A stretch of 64,000 bases of DNA from an uncultured delta proteobacterium. Lineage in GTDB: Bacteria > Desulfobacterota > Binatia > Binatales > Binataceae. Location: assembly GCA_963850125.1 (NCBI GenBank), contig CAWKKB010000013.1:112280-176279 (forward strand), in the 5' to 3' direction. Below the pieces are notes generated by a model. The model was not told the origin of the DNA. It ran no database searches and saw only the letters and a program-made list of their open reading frames with translations. The translations under genes and the position numbers were made by a program. Below, piece by piece: positions 35,573 to 45,378 of the stretch (its first letter is position 1; each line of letters opens with the position of its first letter).

Positions 35573-36316
35573 ATGTCAGATCCAAAAGTCGCATTGGTAA
35601 CCGGCGCGGGCCGCGGCATCGGCCGCGACATCGCGCTTCGAATGGCAAAAGAAGGCTACGCGGTCGGATTGATCGCGCGGACCAAGTCGCAGCTCGACGA
35701 AACCGCCGAACTGATTCGCGCGCAAGGCGGCAAGGCAGTCGTGACGCCGACCGACGTATCACGCCGCGATCAAGTCGTCGCCGCGGTCGAGACCGTCGAG
35801 CGCGAACTCGGCCCGATCTCCGTACTGATCAACAATGCAGGCGCGTACCTGCGCAAACGTTTCACTGAAATCACCGAAGAGGATTTCGACTTCCAGCTCA
35901 AGGTGAATGCGTACGGACCGTTCTTCTGCACGCAGGCCGTCATCGGCAAGATGGCCGAGCGCAAATCAGGCGCAGTGATCTTCGTGCTGGGATCGGAGTC
36001 GCGCAGCGGACCGGCGCAATACTCGGCGTACAACGCGTCGAAGCTGGCGCAGCGCGCGATCGCGGAGTCGGTGGCGTACGAGTTCATGCATCTCGGCGTG
36101 CATGCAGCCACGATCGACGTCGACGGCGCGGTAGATAGCGGGCGAGTACGCGAGGCGATGCCTGACGTGGATCCGTCGCACTTCGTGCCGCCCTCGGCGA
36201 TATGCGACGAAATCGTGCACCTGATCAATCAGTCGAAGAGCGCATGGACCTTCCAGGTCGACATGCGAGCGTTCGTGCAATGGCGACCGCGCGTCGCGCC
36301 GAAGAAAAAATCCTGA
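35573..36316 (+). CDS. Short-chain dehydrogenase/reductase (SDR)
   Basis: About 247 aa from MSDPKVALVTGAGRGIGRDIA. NNAG motif, and YSAYNASK (YxxxK). Confidence 0.8.
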   Translation: MSDPKVALVTGAGRGIGRDIALRMAKEGYAVGLIARTKSQLDETAELIRAQGGKAVVTPTDVSRRDQVVAAVETVERELGPISVLINNAGAYLRKRFTEITEEDFDFQLKVNAYGPFFCTQAVIGKMAERKSGAVIFVLGSESRSGPAQYSAYNASKLAQRAIAESVAYEFMHLGVHAATIDVDGAVDSGRVREAMPDVDPSHFVPPSAICDEIVHLINQSKSAWTFQVDMRAFVQWRPRVAPKKKS

Positions 36317-36382
36317 TTGCCGCGCGCCTGCTCGTATGCGGGTGTGGTCTTGCCGAGGGCGTATATATAATCTTCCTCGCGT

Positions 36383-36459
36383 CGGGGTGTGGCGCAGACT
36401 GGTAGCGCACTCGCTTGGGGTGCGAGTGGTCGCCGGTTCAAATCCGGCCACCCCGACCA
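36383..36459 (+). tRNA. tRNA-Pro (anticodon GGG)
   Basis: 77-nt cloverleaf read by hand: acceptor CGGGGTG/CACCCCG (C1:G72, typical of bacterial tRNA-Pro), D-arm GCGC-AGACTGGTA-GCGC, anticodon arm CTCGC-TTGGGGT-GCGAG (anticodon GGG), variable loop TGGTC, T-arm GCCGG-TTCAAAT-CCGGC, discriminator A, and encoded CCA. Confidence 0.85.
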
Positions 36460-36783
36460 TTTTCGAAATTTTCTGTTCGTTGCCCTATCGACCAAACCTG
36501 CCCGCCCACGTCCACACCATATGAGGAATCGGGACACCCATTACGAACAGCATCTTCCCACGTGATTTCGCTTTCGTGCCGCCGCGTAAATTTTTCGCAG
36601 TTCCAAAAACTCCTGCAAGGCTAACGTTTCGTTATCAAAGGCATCGCCTAATCTTCGTCGCGTCGCGTCAATGGCATAGTTTTCGCTTCTCTTGCGCGCA
36701 ATACCTTTTGATTTTCGAAACGCTGAGCGCTTTCAAAAGGGGAGTTTGCTTACCGCTAGTTTTCCAGAATTAAACGCGGAGAA

Positions 36784-37908
36784 ATGAATTTGGATACCAA
36801 CGGAAGTTTCGGAGGCGGCAGTTCCCGGCGCTTGCGCATCGCTCAGATCGCTCCTCTATATGAAAGCGTTCCGCCCAAACTCTACGGCGGCACCGAGCGT
36901 GTGGTTTCGTACATCACCGAGGAACTCGTGCGACGTGGCCACGAGGTCACCCTGTTCGCGTCGGGTGATTCGCAGACCCGCGCGAACCTGGTACCGGCTT
37001 GTGCGAAGGCGCTCCGTCTTATGGGGAAGCCGGACCTCGGATCGTCGTTGCAGTTGGCGATGCTGGCGGAGGTGTTCGAGATGGCTCCCGACAGTTTCGA
37101 CATCGTGCATTCACACATCGACTACTGGTCATTCCCGTTTGCGAGGATGACGGGGGTGCCTACCATTTCCACGATGCATGGACGCCTCGACATACCCGAC
37201 CTTCATCCGGTGTACCGTCGATTTCCCGAGGCGGCCCTGGTCTCAATCAGTGATTCGCAGCGCGCGCCGTTGGCGCAAATGAATTGGGTGGGGACGGTGC
37301 ATCACGGCATGCCGCGCGACACGCTTCGCTTCAACGGACAGCGCGGAAAGTATCTCGCTTTCATCGGACGGATATCGCCCGAAAAAGGAATCGACACTGC
37401 GATCGAAGTCGCACTACGAGCGGGAGTGCCGCTCAAAATTGCGGCCAAAGTCGACGCGGTTGACCGCGAGTACTTCGCCCAGGTGATCGAACCACGGATC
37501 AAGCCGCCGATGATCGAATACATCGGCGAGATCAACGACCTGCAGAAAAGCGAGTTTCTCGGCGGAGCGCTCGCGCTGCTCTTCACGATAGATTGGCCCG
37601 AGCCGTTCGGCCTCGCGATGATCGAGGCGCTCGCGTGCGGCACGCCGGTCATTGCGCGTCCGTGCGGCGCCGTTCCCGAAGTCATGAGGCCGGGCGTCAC
37701 CGGATTTCTCTCGAAGGAAATCGACGAGTTGGTGGCCGCGGTCGGCAAGATCGATTCGATTTCACGGGAACAATGCCGGCGCGAGTTCGAGGAACGCTTC
37801 ACTTCTGACGTGATGATCGCGAAGTACGAACGCATCTACCATCGGTTGATTGGGGTGGACGCGATCGCGCCGGAATTCGAAACGCAGGAAGCTGCTGTCG
37901 GCAGATAG
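36784..37908 (+). CDS. Glycosyltransferase family 4 (GT-B fold, retaining)
   Basis: 374 aa. N-terminal RIAQIAPLYESVPPKLYGGTERVV and C-terminal EPFGLAMIEALACGTPVIA (the E-x7-E-containing motif of GT4). Confidence 0.8.
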   Translation: MNLDTNGSFGGGSSRRLRIAQIAPLYESVPPKLYGGTERVVSYITEELVRRGHEVTLFASGDSQTRANLVPACAKALRLMGKPDLGSSLQLAMLAEVFEMAPDSFDIVHSHIDYWSFPFARMTGVPTISTMHGRLDIPDLHPVYRRFPEAALVSISDSQRAPLAQMNWVGTVHHGMPRDTLRFNGQRGKYLAFIGRISPEKGIDTAIEVALRAGVPLKIAAKVDAVDREYFAQVIEPRIKPPMIEYIGEINDLQKSEFLGGALALLFTIDWPEPFGLAMIEALACGTPVIARPCGAVPEVMRPGVTGFLSKEIDELVAAVGKIDSISREQCRREFEERFTSDVMIAKYERIYHRLIGVDAIAPEFETQEAAVGR

Positions 37909-37977
37909 ACGCGCGATGCTAGACTGCCTCCCAATCGAAGCGCCCGCTCTCGATTCGCGGCGGTTCGACGAGGAATC

Positions 37978-40191
37978 ATGGCAGAACGCAGGGCTAACGC
38001 CGAGCCGGCCCAGACCGTCGTCAAGGTAGGTTCCGACTATTATGTGCTCGCCTCGTCGCTCGCTTCGCGCCGCGCGAGCCAGGTGCTCGCCGACGGACGA
38101 AGTTTCGCGGTCTTCGAGACGGCCGGAGACATTATAGTTTCGCCGATCGAGGCACTCGGATATTTCGAGTCCGATACGAGGCACCTGAGCCGCTTCGAGA
38201 TGCTAATTGCGGGCGCCGAACCGTACTTTCTGAACTCATATCTCAGCGACGACCGCGCGCAGTTCCGCGCCACGCTCACCAACGCCGACCTGGGAAAGAA
38301 GGGACAGCAGGATTGGCTGCCGCGCAACTCGATCAGAGTGACCCGCGGATGGGTCCTCGATCGCGCCGCGCTGTACCATCGGCTGACGCTGCGCAATTAC
38401 GTTGGCACGGCGGTCGAAGTCGAAATCGATTTTTTCTACGCGGTTGATTTCGTCGATGTCTTCGAAGTACGCGGCCTTCGTCGCAAGCGCCGCGGTGAAA
38501 TGTTGAGTCCTTCGGTTGACGGCAACCGGGTCGAGCTTCGCTACCGCGGTCTCGATAAGACCGTACGCTCGACCGAGATTCAGTTTGATAGTGCTCCCGC
38601 CGAGATAGACGATCAGCGCGCCGTGTTCGTGCTGCGTCTCGAGCCGGGTGAAACCCGCGAGCTCGAATGCCGAATCACAGCTGGCGGTGAGTCGCCATCT
38701 TACTCCGCCGTCACGCTGAATCGCGCCTCTAATTTCATCGCCGCGCTCGAGCAACGGCAATCCGAGCTCGCCGAGCTCCGCAGCGACTGGGCCGTCATTT
38801 CGGCCAGCAACAACGAATTCGCCACCATGATTCGGCACGCGGGCGTCGATCTGACTTCGATCATTGCGCGGGGCGAGAGCCAGGGCGCGTTCATCATGGC
38901 AGGCGTTCCGTGGTTTGCCACGCTCTTCGGACGCGACAGCATAATCACCGCGCTGTCGATACTTCCGTTCTATCCTCAAATCGCGGCGCGAACCCTGCGG
39001 ACGCTCGCGAGCCTCCAGGGCGAAATCGTCAATGAAGCCCGCGACGAGCAGCCCGGCAAGATCGTGCACGAGATTCGAGTCGGCGAGATGGCGGCGACCG
39101 GTGAAGTACCTTTCGGCCGTTACTACGGCAGCGTGGACGCGACCCCGCTTTTCCTGTGGCTGTACGGACGGTGCGTCGAATCGACTGGAGACCTTCAGCT
39201 CGCCAACGAGCTGTGGCCCAACGTCGAGCGCGCCATCGAATGGATCGAAAAATGGGGCGATCGCGACGGCGACGGCTACGTCAAGTATCTGCGCGAAACT
39301 CCGCGCGGGCTGGCCAACCAGGGCTGGAAGGATTCCGAGGACGCGATCTTTCATCAAAACGGTGAGCTTGCGCCTCCTCCGATCGCGCTCGCGGAGGTGC
39401 AGGGTTACGTTTACGCGGCGTGCATGGAGGTGGCATCGGTGGCGGCGCGCCTCGGGCGCGGCGGGGTCGTGGATCGGCTGCTCAGCCGCGCGACGGCCTT
39501 GAAGCAATCGTTCGAGCGGGACTTCTGGCTCGAGCCTGAGGGCATGATCGCGCTGGCGCTCGACGGCAACAAGCGCCCATGCCGCGTGATGACCTCGAAC
39601 GGCGCACATTGTCTTGCGACCGGGCTGGTCGACGGCGAGCGCGCAACCGCGATGTGCAAGCGACTGCTGGCCGACGATATGTACTCCGGATGGGGAATCC
39701 GCACGCTCTCGCGCCAGGAAAAACGCTACAATCCGATGAGCTATCACAACGGTTCGGTGTGGCCGCATGACAATGCGATCGCGGCGCTCGGACTCGCACG
39801 CGCCGGCGATAATGCCGGCGTGATCAAGGTCCTCGAAGGTCTGTTCAACGCGTCGGAGCAGCTCAACACTTCGAGTCTGCCGGAACTCTTCTGCGGCTTC
39901 AGGCGCGAGGCTGGTCTAGGCCCCGTACCTTATCCGGTTGCGTGTTATCCGCAAGCATGGTCGGCGGCGAGCGTGTACATGATGCTCCAGGCGATGCTTG
40001 GGATGCGGGTGCTGGGATTCGAGCGGCGCGTCTTTTTCGACACGCACCTGATTCCATCGTGGCTGGATTGGCTCAGCATCGACCGCCTGAGAGTCGGCGA
40101 CGGTTGCGTCTCGTTCGTGCTGCGGCGCTCTCCCAACGGCGCCGCGATCGAAGTGAAAGAAAAATCCGGCGGCGTCCGCGTCGAACTCTGA
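37978..40191 (+). CDS. Amylo-alpha-1,6-glucosidase/glycogen-debranching-enzyme-like protein (GDE_N + GDE_C six-hairpin glycosidase)
   Basis: 737 aa. C-terminal (alpha/alpha)6 glycosidase blocks: GVPWFATLFGRDSI, LANQGWKDSEDAIFHQNGE, YHNGSVWPHDNA. Confidence 0.75.
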   Translation: MAERRANAEPAQTVVKVGSDYYVLASSLASRRASQVLADGRSFAVFETAGDIIVSPIEALGYFESDTRHLSRFEMLIAGAEPYFLNSYLSDDRAQFRATLTNADLGKKGQQDWLPRNSIRVTRGWVLDRAALYHRLTLRNYVGTAVEVEIDFFYAVDFVDVFEVRGLRRKRRGEMLSPSVDGNRVELRYRGLDKTVRSTEIQFDSAPAEIDDQRAVFVLRLEPGETRELECRITAGGESPSYSAVTLNRASNFIAALEQRQSELAELRSDWAVISASNNEFATMIRHAGVDLTSIIARGESQGAFIMAGVPWFATLFGRDSIITALSILPFYPQIAARTLRTLASLQGEIVNEARDEQPGKIVHEIRVGEMAATGEVPFGRYYGSVDATPLFLWLYGRCVESTGDLQLANELWPNVERAIEWIEKWGDRDGDGYVKYLRETPRGLANQGWKDSEDAIFHQNGELAPPPIALAEVQGYVYAACMEVASVAARLGRGGVVDRLLSRATALKQSFERDFWLEPEGMIALALDGNKRPCRVMTSNGAHCLATGLVDGERATAMCKRLLADDMYSGWGIRTLSRQEKRYNPMSYHNGSVWPHDNAIAALGLARAGDNAGVIKVLEGLFNASEQLNTSSLPELFCGFRREAGLGPVPYPVACYPQAWSAASVYMMLQAMLGMRVLGFERRVFFDTHLIPSWLDWLSIDRLRVGDGCVSFVLRRSPNGAAIEVKEKSGGVRVEL

Positions 40192-40196
40192 TCCGC

Positions 40197-41627
40197 CTAA
40201 TGTTGCGGCGTCCCGGTTGCGGACGGCGTCGCGCTAGCGCTGTGCGTCGGTGTGGGACTGATCGTTGGCGTCAGCGTTTCCGTTGGCGTCGGCGTTTCCG
40301 TTGGCGTCAGCGTTTCTGTTGGAGTCATCGATGGGGTCGGAGTCAAAGTGTCCGTCGCGGTGCTGGTCGGAGTGGGAGTTGGCGACGGAGTTGGCCGAAT
40401 CCAGGTGATAGGGTCGCGACCAAAGATGAGCGTCGCGCTGTGTCCTGAGCGTCCTTCGGTCATTTCTCCGGTGGTGACGAATCGGTCCGCGACCGGATCG
40501 AAAATCTCGGCGCTGGAAAGCGGCTTGTAGTCAGGATCCCATCCGCCCGCGATTAGCACGGTCCCGTCCGGCAAAAGCGTGGCCGAGTGTCCGGAACGGG
40601 CTTCGACCATCTCGGGTCCGTCGACGAACTGGTTCGTTTCCGGATCGTAAAACTCGGACGACTTGTCGCTGCGTCCGCCCGCGAGGAGCACGCGTCCGTC
40701 GGGCAGCAGCGTCGCGGTATGCCCGGCTCGACTCTGAATCATCTTCGGCCCCGCGCGAACCGTTCGATTCGACTCGTCGTAGATCTCGCTGGTATCGACC
40801 GCGCTGCTGCGCGCGAACGGGCAGCCGCCAGCAATCAGCACGAGGCCATCATCGAGCAGGGTCGCGGTGTGATACAGGCGATTGTCGTTGAGCTTGTCGG
40901 CCAGCTCAAACTTTCCACCAGCGGGATCGTAAGTCTCGAGTTTCTGGAATCCACCGCCCGCGATCAGCACCTTGCCGTCGCGCAGCAGCGTCGCGGTTTG
41001 GCCGTGGCGGCTCGAGGCCATCGCGCCGGTTTCGGCAAAGCTGTTCGTCGCAGGATCGTAAAGCTCGGCCGCCGGCGAGTCGCCGCCGACGATCAAAACT
41101 CTATTGTCTTGCAATGTCGTAGCAGTCGGATCGTCGCGAGAATCCTTCATGCTCGGCGCCGCGACGAATTTGCCGTCGCCCGAATTGAAAATTTCGGCGG
41201 AGCGCAAAATCCACGGCATCGCGGGGCCGGGAAACACGTTCAGCGGAACCAGCAGAGTGTTGATACCGCCGACGATCAAAACCTTGTCCATAGCGAACGC
41301 GGCCGCGGTGAATTGGTCGCGCCGCTCGTTCATCGGGGCAATCGGCAGAAAGCGGTGAAGCGCGGGATCGTAAATCTCGGCAGAACTTAGAACTCCCGGA
41401 CTTTCTCCAGTCGGGAGATCGACGTAACCGGTGCCACCCGCAATCAGGACGATCGGTTTCAAGGCTCCAACTGTAGTCGTCGGGGTCGGCGACGCTTCTT
41501 GCGTGCTTTTAGCTGGCTCGCGTTCATCGGCGAGGACGGTTGCGGAGATTACGCCGAGAGCGATCGCACACAAAAGGCACGCGCGAATACGCCAGCTGGC
41601 GAATAAAGCTTTGCGGCGTTCTCTCAT
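40197..41627 (-). CDS. Secreted Kelch-repeat beta-propeller protein with C-terminal Pro/Thr-rich repeat tail
   Basis: 476 aa. N-terminal signal/TM ([18 protein letters not shown]). About 6-7 Kelch-like blades (repeating GG..-hydrophobic-YD/FD patterns, e.g. VLIAGG...AELYDP). The C-terminal 70 aa are PTPTPT/TETLTP repeats. Confidence 0.65.
   Translation of the reverse strand: MRERRKALFASWRIRACLLCAIALGVISATVLADEREPAKSTQEASPTPTTTVGALKPIVLIAGGTGYVDLPTGESPGVLSSAEIYDPALHRFLPIAPMNERRDQFTAAAFAMDKVLIVGGINTLLVPLNVFPGPAMPWILRSAEIFNSGDGKFVAAPSMKDSRDDPTATTLQDNRVLIVGGDSPAAELYDPATNSFAETGAMASSRHGQTATLLRDGKVLIAGGGFQKLETYDPAGGKFELADKLNDNRLYHTATLLDDGLVLIAGGCPFARSSAVDTSEIYDESNRTVRAGPKMIQSRAGHTATLLPDGRVLLAGGRSDKSSEFYDPETNQFVDGPEMVEARSGHSATLLPDGTVLIAGGWDPDYKPLSSAEIFDPVADRFVTTGEMTEGRSGHSATLIFGRDPITWIRPTPSPTPTPTSTATDTLTPTPSMTPTETLTPTETPTPTETLTPTISPTPTHSASATPSATGTPQH
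40263..40334. repeat. 18-bp in-frame tandem repeat (about 3.5 units; CGTTGGCGTCAGCGTTTC) encoding the [12 protein letters not shown] tail of the Kelch protein
   Basis: Units at 40263-40280, 40281-40298 and 40299-40316, with a degenerate unit to 40334. Read directly. Confidence 0.7.
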
Positions 41628-43045
41628 CCGCTCACCTTATCGGCCGTTTGGCGCGGATTTTCTGCCTCAGCCGGCCATGGGTTGTGTCGGACTTCATTCC
41701 ATTTATCTTCGAGCGCCGATTGCTCCAGCGTCAGACCGCGCGTTTCGTCGATGAAGAGCCCGAAGATCACTGCGCTCGGAATGCCGAGCAAGGCAAAGTA
41801 GCGAATGACGCGCGCGAGCCCGCCGAGCGGTCCTATGAGCGCAGCGATCAGAACCTGCGCTAGCATCGAGAACGCGGCGGCGGTTATCCCCTGCCAACCG
41901 ATCATGGTGGTGCGCAAGGCCGCGGGGAAAAGTTCGGTCGCTGCGGAATTCGCGCCGACTGTCATCACGTCAGACGCGACTTTGAACCAGCAATACACGA
42001 CTACGAGGTACATGAACGGCCACTGCACGAACGCGGGCGGGCCGTAGTAAAACGCGAAGGCGCCGAGCCATGCGGCGCCGCCCATGTAGACCACGGTCGG
42101 CACCCGCCCGAACCGTTCCGACGTCCACGCACCGAGCGGAAATCCGATCATGCCGACGCCCATCCCGGTGACCACCAGCGTGCTCGCAGCTACCGGTGAG
42201 AGGCCGAGGATCGAGACTGCTTGATAGTAGAGCCAGCCGTTTACCGCGGTGCCCGCGATCGTGTCGAGCGCGGCGCAGGTCAACAACGCGATCGAGCGGC
42301 GTCGATAGATCGGATGGAAAATATCGTAGAAGTGAGAGCGCTTCGCGCTTCCGCTCGAAGCGGCGCTCGACCATTTCGATTGCGCGGGGAGCATCATCGC
42401 AACCGGCACTGCCAGCAGTATTCCAGCTACCGAAGGCGCCAGGAGCCAACGCCACGAATAGTTCCACGCCAACAGGGCCGGGATGATCAGATAGCCAAGC
42501 ACGCCGCCGATGGCGCTCGCCAACGCAGCGGCCGCTTGCCCGCGAGCGCGCTGCTTGACCGGAAGTTCCTCCGCGAGCAGCACGATCGCCGATGAGACCG
42601 ATCCGCCGAGCAGCGCTGAAACCATTATCTCGCACGCAGCGAACGCGTTAGCAGTGGGAGCCAGCGCCGCTCCGGCGGAGAACAATGGCGCAAGTATCAA
42701 GGCGCTGAGAATCACTAAGCGGCGACCGACGCGATCGGCCAGGCGCGCGAGCATCAGAGAGCCGAATGCCGATATCGCCATCCAGGCAAAAAGTTTCGCG
42801 AGCTTGCCTTCGTCCAGCGCAAAACTTTTCGCGATCCAGGGCGACGCGATGCCGACGATTGAGAGCGTGTACCCTTGGTACAGGAGCAAAATGACGATCG
42901 CGCCGACGGTGGTGCTCGACCTCGGGCCGCCAGTTCGGGATGGAAGCTCGGAGTGCCTCGCGGAAGATTCGGTTCCTGCCTTCGCTTTAATCTTTTGCTT
43001 AGCCACAGCGCACTCCGAAGCAAATTCAAGCGAAATCCGCGCCAA
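41624..43045 (-). CDS. MFS transporter
   Basis: 473 aa with about 12 predicted TM helices. MFS-like D-R-x-G-R-R loop ([10 protein letters not shown]). 4-nt overlap with the downstream Kelch gene. Confidence 0.75.
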   Translation of the reverse strand: MARISLEFASECAVAKQKIKAKAGTESSARHSELPSRTGGPRSSTTVGAIVILLLYQGYTLSIVGIASPWIAKSFALDEGKLAKLFAWMAISAFGSLMLARLADRVGRRLVILSALILAPLFSAGAALAPTANAFAACEIMVSALLGGSVSSAIVLLAEELPVKQRARGQAAAALASAIGGVLGYLIIPALLAWNYSWRWLLAPSVAGILLAVPVAMMLPAQSKWSSAASSGSAKRSHFYDIFHPIYRRRSIALLTCAALDTIAGTAVNGWLYYQAVSILGLSPVAASTLVVTGMGVGMIGFPLGAWTSERFGRVPTVVYMGGAAWLGAFAFYYGPPAFVQWPFMYLVVVYCWFKVASDVMTVGANSAATELFPAALRTTMIGWQGITAAAFSMLAQVLIAALIGPLGGLARVIRYFALLGIPSAVIFGLFIDETRGLTLEQSALEDKWNEVRHNPWPAEAENPRQTADKVSG

Positions 43046-43276
43046 CCTATTTACGCCAGCGCCCAGCCATCAAACGTTCATCTTTCCATATGGGTTAACA
43101 GGCATGACGATATGGAGCGTCCGAAATTTCACAGAATCCCTTCAGCCAGCGTGCCGCAGGAGAAAATCCCGCGCGCAATCAGGGCCCGCGATGGGCATGT
43201 AGGTTGCTTTCCCATCAAGGCCACGTTTTCACCCCGCCCGCGCGCACGTGCCTCTCAGGATTGTTGAGGATTTGAT

Positions 43277-45172
43277 ATGAACCCGCACGAGGAAAAAATT
43301 TCCAAGTCGGTAATTTTTAGATTCGCCGGATGCCTCAGACCGTATTTGCGTTTGGTGATCGGAGCGGCCCTGATGGGCGTGGGCAAGTTCACGCTCCCGC
43401 TCGCGTTTCCGCTTGCGTTTAAGTACGTCATCGATGTCCTGCTGGCTTCACCGCCGAAATTTGACGGCCTGATGCGAACTATCGACGCTTGGTGCATTGG
43501 GCTTTTACGGCTAACCGGTTACGCTGCGACACCTACCAACAAACTAGCGACGCTAAGTGTCGTGATGCTGACGCTCTACGCGCTTCAGTCACTCGCCAGT
43601 TTCTATCGCAACTATTGGGCTGGCCTTGCTGGTAACAAGCTGATTTTCGACCTTCAGTGCCGTCTGTTCTCGCATCTGCAAAGTTTGCCGCACTCATTTT
43701 TTGACCGGAATCCCAGCGGAGCGATCGTATCGCGCGTGCTCAATGACGTACAGCAGGCCAATGAATTAGTAGGGTCAGTGCTGATCGACGTGTGGATGGA
43801 CGCCATCTCCTTGACCCTGGTGGTGGCCGCATTGATGGCGCTCAACTGGCATCTCGCGCTGGTGGCGCTTTGCATCTCGCCTCTGTGGGTGGCGTTCATG
43901 CGATTCTTCTCTCCGCGGATAAAATCGGTGAGCCATCGGATGCAGGAGACGGTCGAAGAAATCGCTGGTGAAGTTCACGAGCGGGTTGCGGGCGCGAGCA
44001 CGATCAAATCTTTTTGCCGCGAGGAGCACGAGGTCCAGCAATTCCGCGGTCAGACCGAGCGCCTGCTCGAGCGCACAATCGACAAGGTGAGACTCGCCGC
44101 GCGCCAGGAGATGCTGATTCAGCTTCTGACCCGCGCCGCGCCGACAGTAGTGATCTGGGTGGGCGCACTCATGATCATTCGCGGCACGATGACGCTCGGC
44201 ACGATGGTCGCGTTTTTCTCGTATCTCGGTTTCCTTTATCTCCCGCTCGAACGATTCGCCCAACTCTCGGTCGTGGTTTCCGCGTCGATGGCGGCTATCG
44301 AGAGAATCTTTGGGTTTCTCGATCTGAAACCCGAGATAACCGACCACGCGCTCAGTCGTCCGTTCGCGGTGCGGAGCGGGACCGTTCAGTTCGACGACGT
44401 TTCATTCGCTTACGGCGCGCGCAATGGAGCCTCGACCGGTCTCGCCCTCGAAGGTTTGAACTTGCACGTTCCCGGCGGCAGCCGGGTTGCGCTGGTGGGC
44501 AGATCCGGAGCCGGCAAGACGACGCTAGCGAGTCTGATTCCGCGCTTTTATGAAGCGACGCGCGGCCGCGTTCTTATCGACGGCCGCGACGTGCGTCACT
44601 ACACCCTGAAGTCGCTGCGCGAGCATGTCGCGCTGGTCGCGCAGGACGCGCTGCTGTTCAGCGCCAGCATCAGGGATAACTTGCGCTATGCGCGCCCCGA
44701 TGCGACCGACGCAATGCTGCTGCGGGCGCTCGAGATGGCCAGCCTGCGTGAGTTTGTCGATAGCCTGCCGGATGGTCTCGATACAGTCATCGGTGAGCGA
44801 GGCTTCAAGATTTCCGGTGGACAGCGTCAGCGCCTCGCGATTGCGCGCGCTTTCCTGAAGGACTCGAAGATAGTCATCCTCGACGAAGCGACGTCGGCGG
44901 TGGATTCAGAATCGGAGAACCAGATTCACCGGGCGATGGAACTGCTGATGAACGGCCGAACCGTGTTCATGATCGCTCATCGATTGCGCAGTGCGGTTAC
45001 CGCGGACCTTATCGTGGTCATGGGCAATGGCCGAATCGTCGAGACAGGCACGCACGCGGAGCTGATGCGCCGCGGAGGCGCGTACGCCCGGCTTTTCAAC
45101 GAGCAAGCACGAGGACTATCGCTGGCACCGCAGCCGGTCCAAGGATCCCGGCAGCGACTGGCATCGCTCTAA
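43277..45172 (+). CDS. ABC transporter, fused permease/ATP-binding exporter (MsbA/ABCB-like)
   Basis: 631 aa. N-terminal 6-TM domain. Walker A GRSGAGKTT, signature LSGGQRQRLAIARA, and Walker B ILDEATSAVD. Confidence 0.8.
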   Translation: MNPHEEKISKSVIFRFAGCLRPYLRLVIGAALMGVGKFTLPLAFPLAFKYVIDVLLASPPKFDGLMRTIDAWCIGLLRLTGYAATPTNKLATLSVVMLTLYALQSLASFYRNYWAGLAGNKLIFDLQCRLFSHLQSLPHSFFDRNPSGAIVSRVLNDVQQANELVGSVLIDVWMDAISLTLVVAALMALNWHLALVALCISPLWVAFMRFFSPRIKSVSHRMQETVEEIAGEVHERVAGASTIKSFCREEHEVQQFRGQTERLLERTIDKVRLAARQEMLIQLLTRAAPTVVIWVGALMIIRGTMTLGTMVAFFSYLGFLYLPLERFAQLSVVVSASMAAIERIFGFLDLKPEITDHALSRPFAVRSGTVQFDDVSFAYGARNGASTGLALEGLNLHVPGGSRVALVGRSGAGKTTLASLIPRFYEATRGRVLIDGRDVRHYTLKSLREHVALVAQDALLFSASIRDNLRYARPDATDAMLLRALEMASLREFVDSLPDGLDTVIGERGFKISGGQRQRLAIARAFLKDSKIVILDEATSAVDSESENQIHRAMELLMNGRTVFMIAHRLRSAVTADLIVVMGNGRIVETGTHAELMRRGGAYARLFNEQARGLSLAPQPVQGSRQRLASL

Positions 45173-45378
45173 TCGCGAACGACGAGCAACTCGCGGGTGG
45201 AAGATCTCCAGTGCTACCGATTCAAGAAAGAGGTTTCGCATCACTCTGCGACGGTTCCCTGGTTGCCTCAATCTTCTAAATGATCTTGGCTTGAATAGTA
45301 TGTAGTGTAGTGACTGACTGACGGACCGCATCTGTGGCCGAAACTTAAACTCGAAATCCCCGGTAATCCTGGTCGGCG

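Noticed and set aside
36460-36783. Searched the region downstream of tRNA-Pro for an integrase, att repeats or a prophage boundary.
   Set aside because: No integrase/recombinase ORF is present. Downstream genes are metabolic. Only a low-GC promoter-like spacer was seen, and the direct-repeat test cannot be completed by eye.
36784-37908. Considered GT4 glycosyltransferase as the missing hpnI.
   Set aside because: It has a GT-B fold (GT4 motif EPFGLAMIEALACGTP) whereas HpnI is GT-A/GT2-type. Its genomic context is glucan metabolism, 17 kb from the hopanoid genes.
40263-40334. Tandem 18-bp repeats considered as a possible CRISPR or VNTR locus.
   Set aside because: Only about 3.5 units with no spacers. 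The repeats are in-frame coding sequence for a Pro/Thr linker of the Kelch protein, not a CRISPR array.
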